From Bugula neritina (Eukaryota > Animalia > Bryozoa), in NCBI GenBank assembly GCA_964035545.1, contig OZ037771.1, positions 1,871,628 to 1,935,627 of the forward strand: DNA of 64,000 bases. The letters run 5' to 3'. The stretch's first letter is position 1, and each line of letters starts with the position of its first letter. Shown in pieces: positions 13,955 to 26,694 of the stretch. The notes beneath the pieces were generated by a model. The model did no database searches, was not told the origin of the DNA, and worked only from the letters and a program-made list of their open reading frames with translations. The position numbers were made by a program, and so were the translations under genes.

Positions 13955-14348
13955 TTTACTAATAAATGAATGTAAACATATTCTATTTAACTAACTTCCA
14001 CAATGTATATATAAATATAACAATTAAATACGGAATTAAAAGTTTAATGAATGCATGACATGTTAATAAAACTATAGCAATGTAATATAAATCTAGAAAT
14101 TTGATATAAATATAACAATGTTTGATTTTTAACACATAGCCCATAGACTTAAAGCTTTTTCAGTCAACTCAGCTTTGCTATGGCCCGAACTATGAAAGCA
14201 CATATTATATACATCAAAGCAACCTAATCCCCTATCAAAGAATAATTATAATTATATAATTTAGCTAAGTTCTAATCACAGTGCCAATTTGACAAAAATA
14301 AACTATTTCTAATATATATCTTATCTATTTTATAAATACTTTATAGTT
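13955..14348 (+). repeat. Left ~390-bp direct repeat flanking TNF-like gene 1
   Basis: Aligns collinearly with 21208-21595. Both contain cgaactatgaaagcacatattatatacat and ctatagcaatgtaatat. Confidence 0.9.
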
Positions 14349-15156
14349 TGAGGTTTTTTGCTTATTTTATGACTATCTGCTGGATATATAACCAGGAAAA
14401 ATAGGCTTGCAATACCTTTAAACTATTATAAGTAGAAAACTTCAGTCGATAACTTAAACATGTGATTGGTCCATTATGTAACACCCTATAGCACACTATT
14501 GCAACCAGGAAAGCACATCAACAGGGGTGTACGTATAATATATACAGCCATAGGGGTCAAGAGGTATTGGTTTATTTAGGTATAATCATTCCCTTTTTGC
14601 AGAGAACAACTTCAACAAACAAGTACAAAATAAGCTAGCTATAGTTTATCAGTTATTTTTATTCTTAGTACAACAAAAGCTAAATGGGATTCATGCCAGT
14701 TTTGTTTGTTTGTTTGTTTGTTTATTTGTTATGTTGAATCAAAAGCTCAACTACACAATAAAACTATTATAGCAACATGATAAATAATTTTTTGTTGAAC
14801 TCAGTAAGCTCTTTACTTTTTCTCAAAAATGTTCCACAATTTTTTTATTTCTAAATCTTAACATTTCTTTGAATCCTGAGAAAAATAAAATTTAAAGTCA
14901 AAACAATGTAAATATAAAAAAACTGTATCGTAAGTCAGGCGCAAAGACAATTCAGAGCAGCAATTTGTCATGCATTGGTTAGGAGTGTATAGTTAAATAA
15001 AACATTTGTGACACTACTGCATATATGTGACAATCTGCATCCACCCCTTATCACTATGGATACTTCAAAAGCAAGGCACCTAATTGGGTAAAGCAGAGTA
15101 GCCAGGAGAGGTTGGAACAGAAAGAAATTAAAACATCTGCTAAGAAGCCAACCAGA

Positions 15157-18100
15157 ATGACAGAGTGGTGGAGCTCACAGAGAAATCTCATGTCCCAGCT
15201 TCATTCTAAAGAACACAGAATGCAGAAACTAACCAACATAAAAGTGGACATGAAAGACCACAGCGGGAAACGAGAGGAAAGAAACAACTGTGGAATCTGT
15301 GTGCTCTTCACCATCTTTCTCGTCTTTGTCTTCATAGTTGCCATGATCTGCATTGGAGTCGTCTACATCCAAAACCTGCAGACAAACCTGGTTAACCTGG
15401 AGAAGCGAGTCAGAGACTTGGAAAGGCAGTCTTCCAAGCAAACAACCTTCAAGGTAAGTATACCGGTATATTATTGTGTAATTGCTGTTTTTGATAGTTT
15501 ATTTGAATTATTAGTACAAGACAAATGTTAAAAAAATACATTTGATTTGCTTTTTAATACCTTTAACTGACAATCGTTAGTTAGGAAACGTAGGTAGTTT
15601 CACATTGTTATGCTTGCTGTTAACCTTAAGAATATCTTTGTTTTTTAAATAAACACAACCCAAAGTAGTTTTAGCAATGAGGAAGTAACCTACTTGTCTG
15701 GGTAGTTATATGAAAGCAACACACTTTGAATGCTAAAAGTTTATCTAGTGTTGAAATAAGTGACTGTCGAACTTGTGACAGTTTTGTTACAGGATACATT
15801 TTTGTTCATACAGTCTTCTCTTAAGAAACACTCCTTCAACTCTGCAGCTTAAAACTAATACATGCTTTAAATAATATATAAATGCAACATTATATGTGAT
15901 AACTTAGAAGTCATAAACTTGTAGTAAGTTAATTGTAATGTACTGTTCATATATGTCTTAGTCATTAGGTGACTGACTGCTGCAGGTTGAAGCTGTACAT
16001 ACTCCCAGCGTACTTGTTTGCAGTAGATAACAAGCAGTTTGCATTGTTGGCATTATCATATTTCTTTTGAGAGTATTTTGATATTTGAGCGATAAATTGT
16101 TGATAATTATTTTGGCAAGCTACCCAAAGATTATATAAGCTGTATCTAGTTCCTTGTATGGTATCACAGCCCCATGACTAGTATTAGACTAGTTTCTGTT
16201 ATTTCAAAGTCAGTTTTCAAAACGCAAACGCACCAGGGTCTAGTAATTCTGACGTTGCTGCAAATTTTAGGTCATTAATTATAATTCACTGATCAAAAAC
16301 ACCTCTGTTTAATGTGTTTTAAAATAAACCAATTCTAATTAGAACTCAATGATAAACAAAACATAAGAAAACTCCAAAATAAAAAAAGAGTTTTTGAGTA
16401 AATTTTGAGTGAGTTTTTGAGTGAGTTTTTGAGTAAGTGAGTGAGTGTGTTAGTTAGTGAATGAGTTAGTGTGAGTGAGTGAACAACAATTGTTGACAAC
16501 CACAGTTAATGATTTACTTAGCAACTGGAGCGCAGGGGAATTTTTAGGTCCTTAGGATTCTACTAGCTGATTAACCTGGGACTTCCCCTTGTTTCTCGCA
16601 AAAGACCCACAAGCTTTTGATTGATGAATAGCTTCAGATTAGCATTGATTTTGCTAACATAAGTATGTCAACATTTCAAAAACATGGAAACTTATCTTGA
16701 AATTTTCCTGGAAGGAGAGTGTCCATACATTGATAAAGTGTCACAGTTTAATGTACACTGGATAAAGATTAATATTACCAAGAGCTTTTATCCTTACTGT
16801 CTATCTCACTAACAAAACAAGCGTCAACTAGTCTCGTTACTTTATCCATCTTGGAGATTTAAATTTATAATGAAACTTATAATAACTGAAGTTTTAATGT
16901 AATACTTTAAATTTGTTTGATTTGGAAGCTTCTAGGTTTATAAAATCTTTCTGAATGCATGTGTTATAGATTTTTTCAGTGGTTGTGTGCCCACAAATAT
17001 ATATCTAATTTTTTCAGAAAACTGCAGCTATGAAATAAAAAACAACTTGGTGCACACATGGATGGTTTATTTTGGACTAATGTAAGACCTCCTGCTAAGA
17101 TATTGTTATTATGTTTCCTGGCAGAATTGAAATAATGAGCTATAATATAATTATAAATAGAAAGCAGTCAACTGTACAACTCTTATAGAAATTACCCTGG
17201 ATTTTTGGCAGCAGCTACCAGCTAACAGTGTAAACAAAGTTATCAAGAGTTATCAATACAATATATATGCATATCCAGCTTTAGATTAAACAAGAGTTTG
17301 TTTTAATAGATATAATATAATACTATATTCATTTGCATTATTTATTCAACATTTTTAGAGCAAAGACAATAGAGAGGAGAAGGCAACTCTAAGAATCAAA
17401 AGGAACACACATGATCACGATGAAGGAGAAGACGACCACATCCGGCTGGAGCACCACGGTCAGTTAACTTGCAATAACTTTGCTAGGAAATATGTAACAT
17501 ATTATTATGTTACATATTTCCTTAGAATGCTATTTGGTTTGCTCTATTAATATACTGCCTAAGATGTGTAAAAGTGCAAAATGTATCAACCAAAGTTATG
17601 GGATAATCACAAAGTAAAACTTCATGTTTCAGGTATACCCACCCACCATGTTGCCTACATCTTTGGAGATCCCAAGAAAGTTGAGGAGCATGTTTTACGT
17701 AACGGTAACAGAAAAATATATAACAACATAGCTGTTGTAGTATAATTTAATCCTTAATATTATATTACAATATAGCTATCATATTATCATAATGGCATAA
17801 ATTTGTCATCATTTTGCGTGGGAGCAGATATAATTGTAAACAAAAATTTTTCATCAGCTAAATTAATTTGCCTCTTATTGAAATACTAATTTTGCAAAAC
17901 CTGGTGACTAAATGTTAGGAGTACAACTCCTACTAACTTACACACATACCTTGTTAGGAAAACTACATGATAATATATAGGCATCAAACCTATAGTTTTT
18001 CAATAATGTATGACACTCATTCCTTAACTTTGCAAATAGTATGTAATATATTATGATATCTATTAGGGCATGCTATGTGACCAGCTTTCATTATGTGCAG

Positions 18101-20752
18101 CCATATTCAAAAATACACTTACAGTCAGCTATAGACTGTGGTTTCACACACCTTAAATTGAAAATTATAAACATTGGATTTTTGATTGTAAATTCTGATG
18201 ACAATTCAATACAATGAAATTATTGAAAAAAGAAATAAGCTGCAATTAAAACCTGTACACGCAACTATTTTGTTCTTTAAAGCACAATCAAAGGCTTGCA
18301 TTATATATGAAACTTGAATCAACAATCGATTTAATGAATAAATTGCACTCTTGCTGTGAAAGATTGATAAAGTTAAAAACTTGCAAACAATAAATCGAGC
18401 AATATTTGCACGCATTTTTTATGAAATGAAAAATAGAACAGAACTCATTAACTTTTGGAGACAAATTACAGCTGAAATAAAAGCTTTGAAATAAAAGTTG
18501 AATGAATAAAGCTGCAGTGCTAACCAGATTATTATTCTATACACACCACCTTCCTACTATTTCGGCAGATTCATCTCATTGGTTTCCAAACGACCTGTCT
18601 AACTACGATAGATCGGAATATGGAAACAAGTATTTTGAAAGAATTGACAACCAGATATGGTGCCCTGCCCCCAGTAAAAATGGATATGGGCGTTACCAGA
18701 CTACTGGTAAGTACATTAGTACTATCACTGATGTTTTCATTGGTTAAACGTTTTAGGTTTATTTTCTTTTGACGCTCTGTTTAAACCAAATGGTAAAAAA
18801 AATGGGTGTGATGGCACCTTAATGGTGAATATAAAAAACCGGGTGCATTTTTTTGTGCAAAGAAAGTTCACGGACAGGCAGACAAAATGTTGTTAACTTG
18901 TAAGCCAGCTTTGAATCATAATTTCCGTGTGATACTGATCAGGCTACCACCTAACGAAGCCCAATTTTTGTTTCGAATAAAATGAGGCACAAATTTATAA
19001 TTTAATATTGTAATATTTTATAGCTTTTCTTTATAATGTTTTTGTTGCACTTTGCAAACGACTCATTTTTCAAGAAAGAAAATTGCCCTTATTGGCTTCT
19101 TTCCATAGTTAAGCATGACATAACAGCTACTTTTAATATTTTTAAGATGAGCAAAAATTTTCCGGTAAAATAAGGTCTTAAACTAACTTTTTTATTCACC
19201 GATAGACAATATTTTTAGTACCAGGCTCGTTAGATTTACAAATACTCTCAATGAACTTCAGCTGCACATTATTTGAAAACTTCCTTCAAACTTTTTGGAC
19301 AAGCATTTTCATCATATCATAGTTATTGATTAGATATATTTATAATTGCTATCTTTAATACAAAGCAGATACATTTTAAATTTGTTTTTAGAATTTGAAT
19401 TATTTTAAAAAAAATTCAACTAAATTAAATAAAAGAACTGACCTCTAATTATCTGTCACAGGATCACCTTTTTTAAACTTAGCTTAATACTGTTATACCC
19501 TTTTGACAATTTTTTTTTACATATTTGCTTATATTTGTAGTCAAAAATCCCTTTTACGACTACTTTGCAAAAGCTGGGTGGATGAAAAACAATCATCGTT
19601 CTCATGAAAATTACGAGCTGCACAGTGATGGAAAAATCTCAGTGAAGAAAGCCGGGCTGTACATTGTACACGCCAGTGTAAGTTTAATAAAAGCAACGTG
19701 GTAATATTATAACAAAATCAAATGCTACTTCAAACTGTTTAAAAAATATTTTTCTCGCATTTTGAATTATAAGTTATGACTGTTTAATTTTTTTTTAATG
19801 TTTCTCGTTTATCTTTGTTTTATTTCTTAATAAAATTTATAAAGAGCATCAATTAACAAAACTTATGCTGAGCATGCAATCAAAATTATCTACTTTTGTA
19901 GTAAATAACGAAATTTCAATTTTACTTTTTAGATCCATTTCAGCGACCTAACAAAAAGGGATAACCCATACTATGGAGTATACAAGACTGACCGTAATGA
20001 GAATAATACAGCTTTAATTAGTAAATGTGTTGCGACAACGTTTGAAAACCCAGAAGAAGATATACTAGGAGTGTACCCATGTCAAGCTTGGCAGGTGAGT
20101 CATAAGTTGCAAACCACCTGTTTATGCAAATAAAGTAAGAAAATAATAAACAGTTAACTGCTTTCAAATTGCTAAGCTATATTGCTCATTAAATAGCTGC
20201 TTTGTCTGAGTTGTTATACAAGAATAAAAATGTTGATCTAAGTGAAAATATTTATCAATATTATATTTTGTTATAAACTTTGCAAATATCTGTTGAGATA
20301 GGTGGTTTAATTTGGATGTGCTAAAACATACAATCTTTTAAAATTTAGTAAAACAGCACTACCCAAACTATTGTACATACGTTTAACTACAAATTGTAAT
20401 ATTTAATTTTTTAGAATTTAATTTTGTTTTCTGTTGTTGTACTATATATAAAGACAGCAAACCTCAATCTAATTTTTCAACATTACATATTATACAAAGA
20501 GCTGAATGACTAACACATATTGGGAATTCTGAGACAGTTTTAAGCATCTCAGCTGACACTAATGTTTATAAATAATTGAATACTTTCTAATTTAATAGAT
20601 ATTTAATAATGTTTGTTTTAATCTTGTAGCTGGTGCCTCTAGAGCAAGGAGATTTAGTTTACCTGAAAATTTCTGGTTACACCTGGTTTAGAGTTGAGAA
20701 AGAAACCTTCCACCTTGCCCTTATACGCCTTAACAAAGAAAGACTAGAGTAA
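15157..20752 (+). CDS. TNF-superfamily ligand 1 (type II membrane, Eiger/EDA-like), 7 exons, ~342 aa
   Basis: Exons 15157-15453, 17359-17458, 17633-17704, 18569-18706, 19541-19677, 19933-20094, 20630-20752; all GT-AG and in phase. TM segment, coiled coil, furin site RIKR, TNF motifs GKISVKKAGLYIVHASIHF, SKC...YPC and LEQGDLVYLKI. The start ATG is uncertain (downstream in-frame ATGs exist). Confidence 0.88.
16578..16587 (+). promoter_or_regulatory. NF-kB consensus site (GGGACTTCCC) in intron 1 of TNF-like gene 1
   Basis: Matches GGGRNNYYCC; a partial GGGGAATTTT lies at 16535. Function is untested. Confidence 0.35.
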
Positions 20753-21207
20753 AGTTGTAGTAGAACTGACCCAGCAATCAGACTAGCAACCAGCCTAGCA
20801 ACAAGCAGAGCACCCTTTAAAAGTTAGAAAGCATGTCTAAGCATATTTTTTAGTTGGTATTTTTTAGCTTTACAAACACAGAAATTTTAAAAAATACGTT
20901 ATTCAAGCTGCTTTTATAAGTTTAAATGTTTAAGTTGCATATCTAACCTTTTTGAGTGTACATTTTAGTAGAGTGAGACAGTTGTTTAATCTTTGCTAAT
21001 ACATGTAAAATTTCTTTTTTTAATATTTTTGCTCTAAAATAATTTTGTTTCATAGACTTATATGTTTGTATATAACCATGCATACAACTTTTTCTATAAT
21101 TTGATAGTATTTGATATTTTATTGGAAATCCCGGTACATAAAACTACATATTTTATATAATATACTATCTCACTATATTTTTAATTATATATAAATATAT
21201 AAATGAT

Positions 21208-21595
21208 TTACTAGTAAATGAATGTAAATATATTCTATTTGACTAACTTTCACAATGTCTGTACAATCATAACAATCAGAAACACTAATGAAAATTTAAT
21301 GAATGAATCAGAAATTATTAAAACTATAGCAATGTAATATGAATCTAACAATCTGATATAAATATAACAATATTTGAATTTTAAAATATATTCCATAGAC
21401 TTGAAGCTTTTTCGGTCAACTCAGCTTTGGTATGGCTCGAACTATGAAAGCACATATTATATACATTAAAGCAACCTAATTCCTTATCAAAGAATAATTA
21501 TAATTATATAATCTAATCTAATCGCAATGACAATGTGACAAAAATAAGCTATTTAGAGACCTAACTCATATCTGTTTTATAAACACTTTATAGTT
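21208..21595 (+). repeat. Right ~390-bp direct repeat flanking TNF-like gene 1
   Basis: Diverged copy of 13955-14348. It runs directly into the normal A-B spacer seen at ~975 and ~7380. Confidence 0.9.
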
Positions 21596-22207
21596 AATGG
21601 GTATGTGCTTAACAAAGAGAAGCTAACGCTAGTATATATGCAAAACAATTCCACTTAATAAAAATTAAAAACTATTTTTTCATATATATAGATAAAGAAA
21701 CTGTATCTTCAGTACTGAAAGGCCTTGCAGAGTTTTTTTGCAAGGTTGAAGTGCCAGCTTACCATCTTATAGTGTTATAAATAAATAATAACTTTAAAAT
21801 AACTCTTTTATGTTAATATATTCAGTTATAATAACTATTATTATAGGCTTTAAACCTGTACATTAGCATTCTAAATGTCTTATTCTACTAGAAATGTGAA
21901 ATTATAGCCTGATTGCTTATGATAAAAAAAGAGTGACTAAATTAATTTACAAATAAATTTATTCTCAAAATGAACAGAGCCATCTGTTCAATACAATTTA
22001 AATTTTCCAGCATAAAAAAACTACAACTCTACATACATATACCAGTTACATTATATATGAATATAATCTTCTCAAAACACCAGAAAAGGACAGAACACAG
22101 GGAAACATTTAGAAAGAAATGGAAAGGGAACTTGTAGATTAAAGTTTATTTACAGGCTAATGTTGTGAAGAGTTGAATCTTTATGCATGTCAGTTCAGGT
22201 TGATGGC

Positions 22208-22750
22208 TCAAAGGTTATGGAAATAGTCTAATATAGAAGTTATGATTTCATCACTTTCAGGATCATCATCTACAGGTGTGTGAGTTGTCTCCCCAACACT
22301 GGGTGTGGAATCACCAGCAATGCTTGTATTCCCTGCAGTATTTGGTTGGTTATCAACATGTCCATTGAGGTCATGACCTTCAAGATGGTCACTGTGCACA
22401 ACTCGGCTTCTACTTTGACTTTTTAGTCTTTCTAGCTGTTCGGTTCGGCCATTTTGTACTCTACTTCCTTCACTATTGTTTGAAGGATTTGAAGGAAGCA
22501 CATGGGAACACAATCCTTCTTCTGGACACATTTTCAAAAACTGCTTTCTAAATCGAGACTTGGGCAAGAAGTAAATTCTGCAGAGGGTGTTACGAAGAGC
22601 CAATTGCTTTTGCAAGTTTTTATCTTTTGCTTTGAGCTCTTCAAGATTCTCCACTCCTAGTTCAAGCCATTGCTTACGCCTTTTCTCTATCATCTTCTTG
22701 ATGCAAAAACAAGAGCGGTTGCCTCTGTTTCTTCTGATGGTAACCCTCAT
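22208..22750 (-). CDS. SERTA-domain-like protein, type B copy 3 (180 aa)
   Basis: Intact and more diverged B paralogue with the same motifs and acceptor. Confidence 0.8.
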   Translation of the reverse strand: MRVTIRRNRGNRSCFCIKKMIEKRRKQWLELGVENLEELKAKDKNLQKQLALRNTLCRIYFLPKSRFRKQFLKMCPEEGLCSHVLPSNPSNNSEGSRVQNGRTEQLERLKSQSRSRVVHSDHLEGHDLNGHVDNQPNTAGNTSIAGDSTPSVGETTHTPVDDDPESDEIITSILDYFHNL

Positions 22751-24774
22751 TCTTCTACCTATGAAATAATCTATGATTTAAGTTTGAGGTTTATCACTGC
22801 TTCAATCTCCCTCTCTCTGGAAAACTTAAACACAAAGACAACTTTAACATCAATGAATTTTAAAATAGAATTACAATTTTGACTATGTACTTTTATAGTC
22901 GGTGTTTTAAATCTTTCCATATAAAAACTTGGATAATTTATAGCACCCTTACCTTGTTAGAAGCACTCACTGTATTCAATCAGTTATAATGTTTTATATT
23001 TAAATTGAGTCCTATTTACCAACTTTTATTGAGTATTCTCGGTATTTCAGATCTGTTAGACAGTGGGAACACAACCTGCTTCTACCAAAACGTAAATACA
23101 AATGATCATGGTGGCAAAGTTCTGATAATCTTTTGGCTTTATTAGTAGTTAAAGCTTTCTGTTGTATTTACTTGAATAGACTCTTAATGAAATAGCTTTT
23201 CCATAATGCAATTTATTATCATAATTGTAGCAAAAAAAGCTAATAGAATCCTGGTTTATTCATTTTATAAGAATAATGGTGCTTTAATTAAATTCTCTTA
23301 ATTAATAGAAAAATGCTATAATTATAAGACATTCTCTAACTATTCAATATTATTTATGCTTTTATAATGTTACAAAATGTATATTGTTATTAATTATATA
23401 TTTTGATAACCCGTTAAACTTGTCTTTAAATTCAGTTACATTATATGTAATACAATAGTCTATACATAAAGCCCATATTTGACTTTTTTGTTTTTGATTA
23501 AGTTGAATTCATGTTGAATTTGAGAAGTTTGGTAATTTAGTAACGATAATAATGTCTAAAATAAAATCCACATGATCTGGAAGATTATTTGTGTAAAAAC
23601 TTGAAGATTTAAAAAAACACCCATTTTGCTTGACATTATAACTCAAAGTAATATTGCATATTCCAATATACTTCAACATTATTTTGCAGTAGCTTCAGAA
23701 ATATATACATGTAATACAGAAACATAATTTGCAATTGTCTTCTGCTGTTACTTAACATAGAGCTAAATGTATATATCTTTATAATGCACTGCTATGCAAT
23801 AGAATATAATCTAACAAATGAGCTAGCTTTTAATATTGCACCAACTATCAAACTTTGAACGAGTTTTAATCTCTAAGATAATTACTCAAAGCATCGTTGT
23901 ATAAAATCTAATTTTCCACGCAAAAACCCAGGTCAAGTTAAATGCATGTTTTATACTCGTAGAAGTTTGGAGAGGTGTAAAGACATCCAATGCACGCAAA
24001 GCAACTTTTTTTCAATTTGAAATGCTTATTTATCCAAAACTACATAGTATTTTAAAAAGTTGGTGAACAGACACTGAAGTAATAGAAGCTGCTTTTAATT
24101 ATGTACAACAATCCTATATATTATGTTGTATGCTCTTTGTGCTTAATTATAAAACAATTTCTGATTGATCTTGCCCTTATCAAACTAATAAGTTGAACTA
24201 ACAACTAAAGTTAAAAAATTTACTTTCCTACTATAAGTGAAAGCTTTGCATAAGCAATAATTGAACACTCCAGTTCTGAGGATTATTTGTTCTATATTTG
24301 TAGTAATTTTATTACGTGATTATGTAACAAAAGTTTAACTGATTGCTTTCATACCATTTCATGCAATAATCAGATTATTACAAATTACCCAAATTATTTA
24401 AGATGTGGTAATCTAGTTTATGAAATAGAAATCAGAATAGAATGCCTGCTTATAGGGTTATGCTGCAAATGCATGACTAGGCCACCATATTGAATAAATG
24501 AAATAATTGTGGTAGCATTTAATTTTATCTTCTAAAATACATTGAAATTGATAGTTGATTGTACAGATTTAAATACAATAAATAAAACAAAAAGAAAGAT
24601 GTGTAGCATTACATCACATAAGGAGACAAGAAATATACAGAGTGTGTTAGTAAGTAAGTTGAACCTGTTAGAGAAATTTGAAGAGTATCTACCATAAAAA
24701 CTGGTGAAGTCTGTAAAATAAATTTAAAAAGTCTAGTTGCATAGAGCGTTTATATTATATTGGTAAGTTGTATC

Positions 24775-25443
24775 TCAAAGTGTCTGAAGATATTGTTCTA
24801 AGAATTCTGCAGCTCTATTACATTCATATTCATCATCATTGAAAGCTTGAGGGAACTCATTAAAACTATCAGAACTTGCCAAGATAAAATCATGGGTAAA
24901 ATTATCGCTGTTGTTACTTTCCTCCATCTCCTCTCCATCTCCAGATTTATTTTTTACCTGGTCATTATCAGTGTAGCTCTGTCCACCAAAACAAGCATTG
25001 AAGTCCTGTTCGAGATAACTAAGAAAGCTCTCTGCATCAGGGCTAATCTCACTGCTATAGTCATCAAAATCTTCCGCAAAGTTCTCATCATCAGAATCTT
25101 CACTACTGTCTTCATCAAACTCCATGCTATCTTCGCTTTCATCTTCAGAAACTGAGCTCTCTTCTCCACTATCTGAGGAAGCCGATGGGGGTACATGGGG
25201 ACATAATCCCTCTTCTGGCCACATTTCTAAAAATTGCTTTCTAAACTGAGATTTAGACAAGCAATGAATTCCGTTGAGGGTGTTCCACAGAATTACTTGT
25301 TTCTGCATATTTCTATCCTTTCCTGTTAGTTCTTCCAGATTTTCTTGTCCCATTTCTAACCATTGTTTTCGCCTTTTTTTTATTTTTCTTTTGATGCAAA
25401 AACAAGGATTGTTTCCTCTATTTCTTTGAGTGGTAATGCTCAT
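24775..25443 (-). CDS. SERTA-domain-like protein, type D (B-like N-terminus, C-like tail; 222 aa)
   Basis: Acceptor tattttatag|gcacaaat precedes the ATG at 25443. N-terminus RNRGNNPCFCIKRKIKKRRKQW resembles B; the tail ending EFLEQYLQTL resembles C. Confidence 0.8.
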   Translation of the reverse strand: MSITTQRNRGNNPCFCIKRKIKKRRKQWLEMGQENLEELTGKDRNMQKQVILWNTLNGIHCLSKSQFRKQFLEMWPEEGLCPHVPPSASSDSGEESSVSEDESEDSMEFDEDSSEDSDDENFAEDFDDYSSEISPDAESFLSYLEQDFNACFGGQSYTDNDQVKNKSGDGEEMEESNNSDNFTHDFILASSDSFNEFPQAFNDDEYECNRAAEFLEQYLQTL

Positions 25444-26694
25444 ATTTGTGCCTATAAAATACATAATTTATAATAGTGTTGTTTAAGTTCAAAAATCTTC
25501 TTCTGAAATTAATCAATTTAAACTAAAAAACTGTTTTTTTTTCAAATTTTCAAGTCTTCTAAACAATTTTTATTTATAAACTTATAAGTTGAAATAAATT
25601 TTTTAGAACATATAGCTGCAGTTTCTGTTACCCAAAAACTTTTTTGTTTTATACCAGGTGAGATGTTTATTTTACCAATCAACCAGGTTTCAATGTTTAC
25701 AATAATGTCTACTGCCAATTTTAAATATGTGTATTGACTTGAATGAAAAATTACTAATTTTTTGTGGTAAATCAGAATTTTCTATTTAATTTAAATGCTA
25801 GTACAGACTTACTTTCAGTTGTGAAAGTTTTGAAATTTTATGACACCTACCTTGCAGAAAATAGAGATTCTTTGCTGTCAGTCAGCTGTATATTCAAATT
25901 GAGTCCTTATGACTGGAAGAAGCTGAGTATTCTGTAAATTTGTTAAATAACAACCTTCTTGTATCAAAGCTAAATATAGAATGATCCCCTGAAAGCTGTT
26001 CTCTGTAATTATAGAAAGCTTGCCAGATTTAGCCTGCTTGCAAAAAGCCAGGCAATTACTAAGAAAAGTAAAACATAGCTGTGGTGAGCCACCAAATTAT
26101 AGGCATCAGCTTTGCGTTAAATTTATAAAATCCGCTAACAGATATCCAATCCGTTATGTCCAATAAAATTACAACATTAAATAGTTCATTAAAGTATAAG
26201 GAATCATTAGGCTGAGGTTGGAATATAATGTACAAATGTTCAAGCTAGTTAATTACCTAAAGCTGAATAATGTACAGCTAGGAATCCTCATTGAAAGAAT
26301 GAGCTTGCAAATATTTGGTTGTATGCTGAAGCAACATGTTTAGTTGAAGGTTTAATGTAATTCAATAAGAAGATGATCTCTTAAGGTTAGAGTATTTTAC
26401 TTTGCATTTTCCTCCGCTATTCATACTTAACTTATGCAAACAGAAATTTCAAAGTTACTCAATAAAATATGTCAAGCTTCAGCCATATAAAGTTTTTTGT
26501 AGCTTTGTTTATTTTTTGTCAGTTTTGTATGACGGGCTCAGAATTATTATCATTGAGTGGGAAAAAGTTGCAGTACACATAATAGTCATCGAAAGCATTA
26601 CACAAGCAAATACATGCAGGTAGGTATATTAGGTGTATAATTAACTTTATACATGGAGTTCACATCAGCGATCAACATTGAGAAATTAAATTAC

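Noticed and set aside
17018-17081. Exon-like 64-nt segment (ttttcag...gtaaga) in intron 1 of TNF-like gene 1
   Set aside because: It has an in-frame stop after 6 codons and no counterpart in the paralogues. A poison exon cannot be supported without RNA data.
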